NCBI GenBank assembly: GCA_963796275.1
Contig: CAWCKY010000002.1
Span: 320,001 to 384,000, forward strand
From: an uncultured Acidobacteriota bacterium
Lineage (GTDB): Bacteria > Acidobacteriota > Blastocatellia > RBC074
Length of the DNA: 64,000 bases
Reading direction: 5' to 3'
In this document: piece after piece, positions 9,417-18,800 of the stretch
Numbering within the stretch: the stretch's first letter is position 1
Layout: every line of letters begins with the position of its first letter
Translations under genes and position numbers: made by a program
The notes under the pieces: generated by a model
What the model saw: only the letters and a program-made list of their open reading frames with translations
Told to the model about the DNA's origin: nothing
Database searches by the model: none

Positions 9417-12400
9417 TCAGAAAAGCAGCTTCAGTCCAAATTGGATTATGCGCGGGTCTTGCGCTGCCGTATAAACCCCAAAAGTCGCCGGCACGCTCAC
9501 GTTGTTCCCTACACCACTAGTGAGTCCGAACATCGTGCGATTCGGCAGGTTGAAAAACTCGGAACGGAACTCAATATAACGAGTCTCGTCGATGCGGGTC
9601 TTCTTCACCAACGAGAAATCCAGGTTGTTCTGGCCGCTGTAACGCATAATCCCGCGCCCGCCATTGCCGAACTTGCCGAGCTGAGAAGGAGCAAAGCAGG
9701 ACGTATCAAACAAGCGCGTGCGGCCCCTCTGATCCGAAGAGAGCAGGCCGTCGCACAGGCGGTCGGCGCGCTCCGCGCCTCCGAATGTCCCGGTCCGGTT
9801 CCCACTCTGGATTATGTTGAATGGGAAACCTGACTGGACTTGCCAGATACCGGATACATGCCAACCTTCGAGCAGCTTGCCGATGAAACCGCGCGTGTTC
9901 CGCAGGAAGTAGCGCCCCGGGCCGAACGGCAAATCGTATAAGCCACTGAACGTGAAGCGGTGGCGGACATCGAAATCCGAAGGGCCGCGGTCCTGGCTCG
10001 AGTTGCGGTCATCCATAATAATGAACTGTCCACCGCTTCCGCCGCCTTCTCCCGAAGAGTTATCGATAGCGTGCCCATAATTGTAAGAGCCGATGAAAGT
10101 CGTGCCCTGCGAAAAGCGCTTCGTAACTTTCGCCTGCAATGAATGGTAGTTCGAGTCGCCGAAACTGTCTGCCGTAGTAAACGTCCCGAAAGTCGGAAAC
10201 GGCCTTATATACGCGGCATTCGTAGCTCCGGGGAGCGCTCCCTGATTGAGGATGCGCAATCCGTCGAGCGAGGTGCCCTTGTTCGCCAGATATGTAATTT
10301 CCATCCCCACGTTACCGGTCAATTGCCGCTGGATGCCGAGGCTCCACTGCTGCATATAGCCTTGCTTGAACCACGGCGTCAGTGACAGGCCGCCGGGAAG
10401 TCCGCCGGCGAGCGGGTTGGAAGAGAACGGGCTGGCGAACGGCAAAACCACGCCCCGCGCCGGGTCGGCCTGATACGTTTGCGAGACCACAAACGGCGCA
10501 TTGATCGCGGCCAGGAACTGCGAGTTGAAGATCGCCAGGTTATAGAAGATTCCGTAGCCGGTGCGCAGCACTGTCTTGTTGTCTTCGGTCAGGCTCCAGG
10601 CGATGCCGATTCGCGGTGCGAAGTTCTTCTTGGGCGTAGGATACAAGGAGCGATTCTCCCGGCCGCTGAGACCATTAGCCGGGTCGCCGGAGATAAGAAA
10701 GCGCCCCTGACCTTCTGGAAGGAAAACACTCAGATGGTCTCCCTTATCGATGAACGCCTGCCGTAGCTCATATCGCAGGCCGAGATTGACCGTCAAACGA
10801 GGGCTCACCCGGAAATCATCAGCCACGTAGAAATTGAACAGAGTGGCACGTGCATCCTCGCGCGCAATGCCGACATCCCGTACAGCCTGCTGCGGCAGCC
10901 CCAGCAGAAAGTCGGGCAAACCCGTGGTTGCCCTGCTATGGAGGTTCGTGAAAGTGAAGGCGCCACGCTGATTCCCCGAGACGAACACGCCGTTCAACTG
11001 GGTGGGCCAGATGGTGGTCCCTGCACGCAAAGTGTGCCGCCCGATGATCCGAGTGTAATTGACGATGAACTGTTGAGAGTTTTCCACACGCCCCTCGGGG
11101 CTGAACCCCGCATCGCCGATGTTGTTGAATCCCTGGATGGCTATCGACGGCACGCCATCGATCTCCGGCGTGACGAAAAGGCCGGCAATCCCGAACGACG
11201 AGCTCTGTTGTTTGCCGACCTGCTCGGAACCGTTGAGCGCGTTCTCCCGATTAAAGCCGACGCGCACGTCGAGTGTACTGGTCGGACTCAGGCTGATGCT
11301 GGATCCCACCGATGCGTTGTGAACCGTCATCAGGTTGATCGTTCCGAAGTTGGGGATGGCGCCTGGAGTCAGCCGATCGGTGTTCGAAATCGTGTAACGC
11401 GCAAACGCTTTCCAGTTGTTGGAGAATGAGTGGTCCAGCCTCGCAACGTACTGGTATTCGTCGATCCTGTCCGAACTCGGATTGATGAAATTGGGCGCCG
11501 CCAGGCCGCTATTGGGAGCGGGATATAAGGCCGCGAACTTTCGGGCGACATCCGAGATTCGAGCCGATGGAATAATATTACCCTGAAACGGCATTCCGGT
11601 CAGTGGATCGATGACGGGGTTGGAATCGGAACTGAAGTCGCCGTTTAACTGCGCTTGCGTGGGCACCTGCGCTCCCGCCGCCAGACCGCGACGCGATTTG
11701 AAGCCCTCATATGTTCCGAAGAAGAAGGTCTTCTCTTTGCGGATCGGCCCGCCCACCGAGCCACCGTATTGGTTCTGACGGTATGGCGGTTTCTCCAGAT
11801 CGAAGAAATTTCTCGCATCCAGACGGTCGTTACGGAAAAACTCGAATAATTCACCATGAACTTGGTTGCCGCCGGACTTTGTGATTACATCTACTGTCAC
11901 ACCGGAGACCACGCCGTATTGCGAGTCATACGGCGAATTAAGGACTTTAAATTCCTGGATCGAAGCGACCGAAGGCCGCAGACTGGTGTTCTTGAAACGG
12001 AATCCGAATGAATCCACTCCATCTATGATGTAAGTATTGTTTGTCGGCCGATTGCCCCCGAGTTGCACACCTACGTTACGCGGTCCGCCGCCTCGCGCGG
12101 TCGGCTGGCCGCCCGCATTGGGCGATACGCCTGGTAGCATCAGACTGAGTTGGAGAAACTGCCGCCCGTTTAGCGGCAGCCCTTCGGTATTGACGTTGTC
12201 TACAACTCCGCCGATGTTCGCATGGGTAGAATCAACCAGCGGCAATATCGCCTGAACGGTGACGCTTTCCGTAGTGGCGCCGACCTCCAGGGCGATATTG
12301 AGCTGCGGTCGCTGGTCCACATTGAGAACAAGTTTACGCTGCACATATTGCTTGAAGCCCTGCGCCTCGGTGCTGAGCGTATATGGGCCTGGCGGGAGGT

Positions 12401-12620
12401 CCAATAGCGTGAAGTTTCCGACTTCGTTCGTCTCAACAATCCTGGTGATTCCCGTATTGTCGTTGATGACCTTTACGATGGCGCCCTGAACTACTGCGCC
12501 TGCCTGATCGGTCACCCGACCGAATATGGAAGCTGAGTTTCTCTGTGCGATTCCGGCTCCAGCGAATAAAAGCGTCAACAACAAAGCGAATCCTACGATG
12601 CCAAATACACGTTTTCTCAA
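9417..12620 (-). CDS. TonB-dependent receptor (Oar-like, CarboxypepD_reg N-terminus)
   Basis: GRVTDQAGAVV, LPLNGRQF, EFFRNDRLDARNFF and terminal PRIIQFGLKLLF. The likely start is TTG at 12620 after GAAAGGA (ORF track starts at 12695). Confidence 0.92.
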   Translation of the reverse strand: MRKRVFGIVGFALLLTLLFAGAGIAQRNSASIFGRVTDQAGAVVQGAIVKVINDNTGITRIVETNEVGNFTLLDLPPGPYTLSTEAQGFKQYVQRKLVLNVDQRPQLNIALEVGATTESVTVQAILPLVDSTHANIGGVVDNVNTEGLPLNGRQFLQLSLMLPGVSPNAGGQPTARGGGPRNVGVQLGGNRPTNNTYIIDGVDSFGFRFKNTSLRPSVASIQEFKVLNSPYDSQYGVVSGVTVDVITKSGGNQVHGELFEFFRNDRLDARNFFDLEKPPYRQNQYGGSVGGPIRKEKTFFFGTYEGFKSRRGLAAGAQVPTQAQLNGDFSSDSNPVIDPLTGMPFQGNIIPSARISDVARKFAALYPAPNSGLAAPNFINPSSDRIDEYQYVARLDHSFSNNWKAFARYTISNTDRLTPGAIPNFGTINLMTVHNASVGSSISLSPTSTLDVRVGFNRENALNGSEQVGKQQSSSFGIAGLFVTPEIDGVPSIAIQGFNNIGDAGFSPEGRVENSQQFIVNYTRIIGRHTLRAGTTIWPTQLNGVFVSGNQRGAFTFTNLHSRATTGLPDFLLGLPQQAVRDVGIAREDARATLFNFYVADDFRVSPRLTVNLGLRYELRQAFIDKGDHLSVFLPEGQGRFLISGDPANGLSGRENRSLYPTPKKNFAPRIGIAWSLTEDNKTVLRTGYGIFYNLAIFNSQFLAAINAPFVVSQTYQADPARGVVLPFASPFSSNPLAGGLPGGLSLTPWFKQGYMQQWSLGIQRQLTGNVGMEITYLANKGTSLDGLRILNQGALPGATNAAYIRPFPTFGTFTTADSFGDSNYHSLQAKVTKRFSQGTTFIGSYNYGHAIDNSSGEGGGSGGQFIIMDDRNSSQDRGPSDFDVRHRFTFSGLYDLPFGPGRYFLRNTRGFIGKLLEGWHVSGIWQVQSGFPFNIIQSGNRTGTFGGAERADRLCDGLLSSDQRGRTRLFDTSCFAPSQLGKFGNGGRGIMRYSGQNNLDFSLVKKTRIDETRYIEFRSEFFNLPNRTMFGLTSGVGNNVSVPATFGVYTAAQDPRIIQFGLKLLF

Positions 12621-12892
12621 GATGCAATCCTTTCGCTCCCATAGCGCCGAATGGCGATGGTGATTGTGATGAATCCCAAAACGACATCCAGTCAACTTGT
12701 TGAATAATCGATTCAGGTAAGGAATATCTTTATTGGTGCATTCACTGGTTCGAGGATGGACGGGGTAAGTGTATTTATTCTCATCGTTTTTGTCTATTAG
12801 ATTTCATAGACTATCGGAGGGATATCAGATAATCCGTCTAGATCTGTCCGGCATATTGTATTAGCACAGCAATTAATCACCCGAGAGGCTGG

Positions 12893-13485
12893 ATGATGAC
12901 AAAGGTTTCCGATCAAACTCACAAGAGCTTGGATCAAATAACAGATGAAGAGTGGATGGCGATCTGGAGAAGGCTACGTTTATACGCTATTCACAATTAT
13001 GGCTGGACGCAAAGCACTGTCGGTGTGGGCCTTGATTTAGAGGCTATCGTTCAGGAAGCAATCTTGGACACACTCACCGGCGTAAGACGTTGGCCGCCAG
13101 TTGATAAACAGGGTACCCCTAAAGATGAACCTCTTTTTTTTCTCTGCCAAACTGTTCGAAGCAAGGTCAGCCACGCCACGGAGAGAGAGAAAGGAAGCTG
13201 CCTATAGAATCTCTTGACCCCCGCTCTCCTGTCCTAATCGATAGTGAAAATAAGCAAGAACAGAAAGTTCACTACGATCAATTGCGCGAATCCATTATGG
13301 CGGAAGCTCGTTCAGATTCTGGACTTACCGAAACCGAAAGACTGATGACCGAGACGCCTGACATAACCGCCAACGACATCGCGAAAGAGAGGAATGTGCC
13401 AATCAAGACAGTTCGTAAGGATATAGAACGGTTGAAAAGGCGGCTCCGCAATTCACGAATGGCATGGATAGATTCGATAAAATGA
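12893..13485 (+). pseudogene. ECF-like RNA polymerase sigma factor, split by one frameshift near 13185-13195
   Basis: Region-2-like AIVQEAILDTLTGVRRW..LCQTVRSKVSH in the first ORF and HTH-like ANDIAKERNVPIKTVRKDIERLKRRL in the second. Adding one A in GAGAGAGAAAGG joins them (EKRKLPIESLD...). Confidence 0.6.
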
Positions 13486-13501
13486 AAATTGTGGGCTAAT
13501 T

Positions 13502-13933
13502 ATGAACTATTATAAATACGGCTTTCAGGACAAAAAGAGGGACGCAGAGTACGCGCCCGAAATTCCGCAACTAGGGCATATAGCGATTGAGGTAAGTGAA
13601 AAATTGTCTCCCCAGGCAATCGCTTCCATGTCGATTGATGAAGTCGAAAAGGAGCTTAGGCGGTTGGGATGTGATCCTAATCAGCGGTTGTCTGTCAAGG
13701 TACAGCTCATGATTCAAATACACCGATCTAAAATACCATACAAGTTGGCGAGTTCTTGTGAGCCTATGATGCCCGATCTCAGTATATCTCCATCTTCACT
13801 AGGCTCCAGTTCGGACAGATCGCCTATCCTCCAAGCAGTTAAGGCGCTGATCAAGACGATTGAGGCGCTGATCAAGACAATTGAGGCGCGAATCATTGCT
13901 TTCAAGCAAGAGCTTAAACGACGCACAGTGTAA
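13502..13933 (+). CDS. Hypothetical protein, putative anti-sigma-like partner (EVEKELRRLGCDP)
   Basis: Lies directly downstream of the sigma-like gene; C-terminal heptad repeat ALIKTIE. Confidence 0.5.
   Translation: MNYYKYGFQDKKRDAEYAPEIPQLGHIAIEVSEKLSPQAIASMSIDEVEKELRRLGCDPNQRLSVKVQLMIQIHRSKIPYKLASSCEPMMPDLSISPSSLGSSSDRSPILQAVKALIKTIEALIKTIEARIIAFKQELKRRTV
13842..13889 (+). repeat. 21-bp in-frame tandem duplication AGGCGCTGATCAAGAC(G/A)ATTG x2.3
   Basis: Seen directly; encodes ALIKTIE twice. Confidence 0.9.
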
Positions 13934-13978
13934 TACTATTTATCTGCCACTGACCAAGGTCGGCAGAAAGGGGATGCC

Positions 13979-15487
13979 ATGAAAAGCACATGTAAAATGA
14001 TAAAACGCCATCCTGTATTGCTGATTCTGCTGGCCGTCTCACTTCAGGTTTTTGGTCAGACCTCGGATCCTGGTGCGGCGGTGAAAGGACCCGAAGGCGT
14101 CTGGCATGGAACGCTCGAAGTTGGTGGTGCGCGACTCCGCCTCATCCTAACGATCACGAAATCTGGCGCCGGCGTTTACTCCGGCAAAGTGAACAGCCTC
14201 GATCAGGGCTCGACTATTCTCATAGATACGATCGCAGTCGCTGGCGACGCAGTGCGGCTGGAGTTGAAATCGGTCGGCGCCCTTTACGAAGGCGTGATGA
14301 ATAAAGACCGGTCGGAGATGAGTGGGAAGTTCACTCAGGGCGGCGCGCCAATTCCGCTCGTCTTCGCGGCTGGCGCTCCGCCTCAGTCCGACGCCGCCGC
14401 GAAATCCCCGCCCGCGCCCCCACAAAGACCGATCAGCGTTCCCCTGGACGTTTCGGTTCCGGTAGCGCCGACCGCCTTCAAAGCCGGCGGAAAAACACAT
14501 CTTGTTTATGAATTGCACGCGACAAACTTCAGCCGGAGCGATTGCGTGTTGACGCGCCTGGAAGTAATCGGCGCCGGCGATAGACCTCTGGCGCGTTACG
14601 AAGGAAATGAACTGGCGTCGTTGCTGGCGCGTCCTGGAGCGCCGCCTGATGTCGAAAAGACGAAGGTCGGCGCAGGATTGCGAGCTATCATTTTCATGTG
14701 GCTGACGCTGGAAGCGGGCGCGGAAGTTCCAGCCACGCTACACCATCGCTTTGGCGTCAAAGTGAGCGACTTCCCGGAAGAATTGTTTCTCGATTGCGCA
14801 CGCGTCGCGGTCGCTCAGAAGCCATTGATGATCAGCCCTCCGTTACGCGGCGGCGAATGGTTGGCCGCCAACGGGCCGTCCAACACTTCAGGCCATCGCC
14901 GGGCGCTGATTCCTGTCGCCGGGCAGGCTCACATCGCGCAGCGGTTCGCGATCGATTGGGTTCGGCTGCGCGAAGACGGGCGCACATTCACGGGCGATCC
15001 GAAAGACAATAGAAATTATCGTTGCTACGGCGACGAGGCGCTGGCCGTGGCCGATGCGGTCGTCGTGTCGACCAAAGACGGCATCCCGGAGAACGTGCCC
15101 GGGCCGGCCTCGCGAGCCGTGCCCATCACACTTGAAACGGTCGGCGGCAATCACGTCATCCTCGATCTGGGTCAGGGCCGATACGGCTTCTACGCGCATT
15201 TGCAGCCCGGCAGTCTGCGCGTCATGGTGGGCGATAAAGTGCGCCGCGGCCAGGTAATCGGCCTGGTGGGAAATTCCGGCAACTCGACCGAACCTCATCT
15301 GCACTTTCACATCAGCGACGCCAATTCGCCGCTCGGCTCCGACGGGCTGCCTTACCTTCTGCCCGCGTTTGAAATACAGGGCAAAGGCTGGGGCTGGAAA
15401 GCTTCGGAAGCGAAGGCGGCGGCGGAGAAGCGCCAGATGGAAATCCCATTGGAGGGCGACGTGGTGCGATTCCCTGACATTCCATAA
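13979..15487 (+). CDS. Secreted M23 family metallopeptidase
   Basis: Signal peptide; HRR..QRFAIDW, GGNHVILD, YAHLQ, GNSGNSTEPHLHFH. Confidence 0.88.
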   Translation: MKSTCKMIKRHPVLLILLAVSLQVFGQTSDPGAAVKGPEGVWHGTLEVGGARLRLILTITKSGAGVYSGKVNSLDQGSTILIDTIAVAGDAVRLELKSVGALYEGVMNKDRSEMSGKFTQGGAPIPLVFAAGAPPQSDAAAKSPPAPPQRPISVPLDVSVPVAPTAFKAGGKTHLVYELHATNFSRSDCVLTRLEVIGAGDRPLARYEGNELASLLARPGAPPDVEKTKVGAGLRAIIFMWLTLEAGAEVPATLHHRFGVKVSDFPEELFLDCARVAVAQKPLMISPPLRGGEWLAANGPSNTSGHRRALIPVAGQAHIAQRFAIDWVRLREDGRTFTGDPKDNRNYRCYGDEALAVADAVVVSTKDGIPENVPGPASRAVPITLETVGGNHVILDLGQGRYGFYAHLQPGSLRVMVGDKVRRGQVIGLVGNSGNSTEPHLHFHISDANSPLGSDGLPYLLPAFEIQGKGWGWKASEAKAAAEKRQMEIPLEGDVVRFPDIP

Positions 15488-15548
15488 ACGGTGAGGCCCG
15501 CTACCTTTTACCATTGGCTTGATCGCGGTCGTCGCGCGGGATTTCCTG

Positions 15549-15677
15549 GTAAAAATTGTGAAGAGGTACAACGAAAAAGTCGGTGAGAAAGACTATGAAT
15601 ACTTGCCTCTGGGTAAATACATCGTAGCTGCCCATGGTGTTTCTAATGGCCGGCGGCAGGGCCATCTTGCGCATTGA
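15549..15677 (+). pseudogene. Possible N-terminal remnant of a DUF433 (antitoxin-type) gene
   Basis: Translates as VGEKDYEYLPLGKYIVAAHGVSNGRR, resembling the YEYYPLGKYIV..PGVCGGRP start of DUF433 proteins (from memory). Confidence 0.4.
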
Positions 15678-15735
15678 GCCCTTCGAGAGTAAGCAAGTAA
15701 TCACCCGGCCTAAACAGGCTGGAATAGAAGCTTAG

Positions 15736-15810
15736 TAGGCAAAAAGGGCTATGTGTATTCCGCATGCCCTTTTGCCTATTTTGTTTCTTTTCGCCCTTTT
15801 TGCTTCCTCT
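15736..15810. terminator. Inverted repeat TAGGCAAAAAGGGC...GCCCTTTTGCCTA plus T-rich repeats, between convergent genes
   Basis: Seen directly, just past the stop of the M36 gene; could be a terminator or a dispersed repeat. Confidence 0.5.
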
Positions 15811-15825
15811 CCTATGAGTGTTTCG

Positions 15826-18800
15826 TCACTTAAGAGATATCGCCGTGCCCCTGGCAGTCACCCCGTCTACCGAGACGACGACATCGGCCCGCCGCCTTCC
15901 CAACTTGGTCAGCCCGGCTGGAACCTTGACGATTATCTTATCCAGGCCGTTCAACTTGCCGTATGCGCCGGCATAGAGTACGCGTGCCTGATATCCGTCG
16001 ATCGTAACCTCGACCGCTTCGGCAATGCCGTTCTCGTCGTTCGGGTTGGCAGCTCGTGCGCCGCGGATGCCCGTGACAAAGAGCGTGAGAATATCCAGCC
16101 TGTTTTCGCCGAGCTTCTCGAATTTCGGAAGTCTTAATCCGGTTCCAGTACGTGGCGCCGGGTCATCGCCACCGAGAATAGCTGGCGCGACATCGACAAT
16201 CTGCGCAGTTCCAATCGAGTAACTGCCGGCGGAGTTGCGTATGACGACTGTCGCGTTGCCCGCCTCAACACTCGGCGGAACGAGAAAGTCGACCCGGTCG
16301 GGCGAAACGGAAGCCACCTGAGCCTTGATACCATTTACAGTGACGGTAGTACCAGCCAACTCGAGCGGCAATTGCTCCGCCTCAGCCGTCATGGAAGCGA
16401 AAGCCAGATTGGCTCCGAATGCGCTAGCTATCGAGTCTGCCGCAAGCCGCCCGTCTCCGGACCCCGCCGCATTCGCCAGCGTCAATTCCGAACATTCGAC
16501 TGCACGAACAGTTACTACTTTCGTATCGATCGAGCGCCCATCGCTCGCGGTGAAGGCGATATTGAAACTGCTTCCGATATCGGCGGCCCTCGGCTTCCAT
16601 CTGAAAGTTCCTTCCGTTCTGTTGTTGGTGATGACGTTAGTGGTGAAGCGAGCGCGCTCAGGCATCCCCTCGGCTGTGATCGAGAGCGGCGCGCCAGAAC
16701 CGAGATCGCTGGCAGTGACCTTAAACCTGATCTCCGTATTCGCGGTTCCTACCTGCGCCGCGGGCGCCGACAGAATCGGAGGGCGATCGACAAAGGATGT
16801 CTCCAGCGGGGCGATTGACAGGCGGGAGACTTCGTCAGGGAGCGAAGAAACTACATGGAAATATCCGCCGATCACTCCGCTCCCGTTCACGAATAAAACT
16901 CGCGGAGTATTTGGATCGACCAGATCGAACGAATTATCCAGCGCAATCCACCGGTCGTTACGGACATCGTAAACCTCCGCGTCCTTGACAAGGCCACCAC
17001 CGAATAAGAGCCAGAAAGGATTTCCTTCCGCATCTTGGACGACGACAGACTGGGCGTCCGTACGACTATGATTGAGCGGCGCAATCGGCGACCACTGCCC
17101 GGTCTCAAAATCATAGACCTCGCCGGTTATGGTAGAGCCTGAGGGGTCGTTCCCGGCAGCCACATAAAGTTTTCCTTCGATTACCGCGGCATTATGGCCA
17201 GCCCGGGCCGTGTTCATCGGCGGCAGGTCCGTCCAGGCATTGGTCGATGGATCATATCTCCTGACTGCCGCCGAGAAGTTTGTGGGCGTGACGCCGCCTG
17301 TGTGATAGTAGACGCCTCGCGCAATATCCGCCGCTACCGCATACAAAGTTGTCGCGTCCGGCGCCTCAGCCTGAGTTGACCACGTGTTCGCCGCAATGTC
17401 GTATGCGAGGTGAAGCGGTGATAAAGTCGAGGGTGTTGTTCCGCGGTTCACTCCGCCCGGAATATAAATCTTGCCATTGAGGTAAACGGCCTTAGCGCCA
17501 AACAGAATGGACGGCGGCAGAGAGAGCCCATCGCCCGTCCAGACATGGGTCTCCGGGTCGTAGCGAAGGATAATGTTCTCGGCTGGCGCCCCCAGTCGTT
17601 GCCTCTGTCCGATGGCATAAAGATATCTCTCATCAGCGACATACGTGCTGCCAAAGGGGGGGGATTCCGAGAGCGTCGTATTCGTCTCCCAGCGTCTTGC
17701 GATGACGAACTGGCCTGAAACCGCCTCTGTCACAGCTCCTTCATCGTCGGTTGCCGTAACGGATATGCGGGCCTGTGCGCCGATCGGCAGGTTGGTCGGG
17801 ATAATCCAGGTAAATGAGCGCGCCTCGCCTTCCAGCTGGGGCGCAACGTCGATCGTTTGCTCTGTCGGTAACCCGATAGACGGCAGATAGCTGAACCTGA
17901 CGCTATGTCTAACGAGTTCGCGATTGTCGGACGATTGCCAGCGAATAGAAATCAGGCTGCCCATGTATATTCTCTCGCCGCCCGCTGGATTTAACACCTG
18001 CACTGCCGGCGGTGTGGGCTCAACGTAGCTGTAACCGCCCGCGCGCGTCGTCTGCAAACTGCCATTTCGGACTATAACATCCACCACTGCCGGGGCCCCT
18101 GTCGTCACGGCAGTGGGCGCTATCACCCGCAGTGTGTTCCCATTGATGTATGTGACCGGCGCCGCTTGAGATCCGAACAGGACCGCTGTTTCAGGCGTAA
18201 AGTTCAGCCCGCTCAATGTCACCGCCGTCCCGCCCAGCACAGAGCCGGAAGCGGGAGAGACGCCGCCGAGGATCGGTCGCATCTCGTTTCCACCTGGCTC
18301 GTAGTATGTGAAACCTCTCGAGCTCCTGGCCGTACCACGGCGATTAGTGACGCGCACGCTGACGGCTCCGGCGCTATGCGCAGGAGCGACGGCCGTGATC
18401 GTGGAGCTGCCCAGCACCGCCACCTGCGCGGCCGGCGCATCACTGAAGGTGACACTGGTGTCAGAAGTTTCGGTGAAATTTGAGCCACTGATAATCACCT
18501 GCGTACCGCCGCTCGGAGGTCCGAAGGCAGGGCTGATCGCGGTAATAATCGGCTCCGGAGCGTCGCCCGGTGGGATGATCCGCGGATTCGCAGATCGTGC
18601 GGTGAGGCGTATATCGTCGATCGCCCAGAAAATCGGATTCAGGTCCAACAAACCCACAAGCTGGAACCGCAGCCGCGCCCACCCATCCAATCTCGGCAAC
18701 AACACGCGCGAAGCGACAAAGCCGGTCTGGTTACCTCCGAATGATTCAACCGCAGTCCAGGTTACGCCGTCGTCAACGGAAATCTCGATTCGTCCAAACA

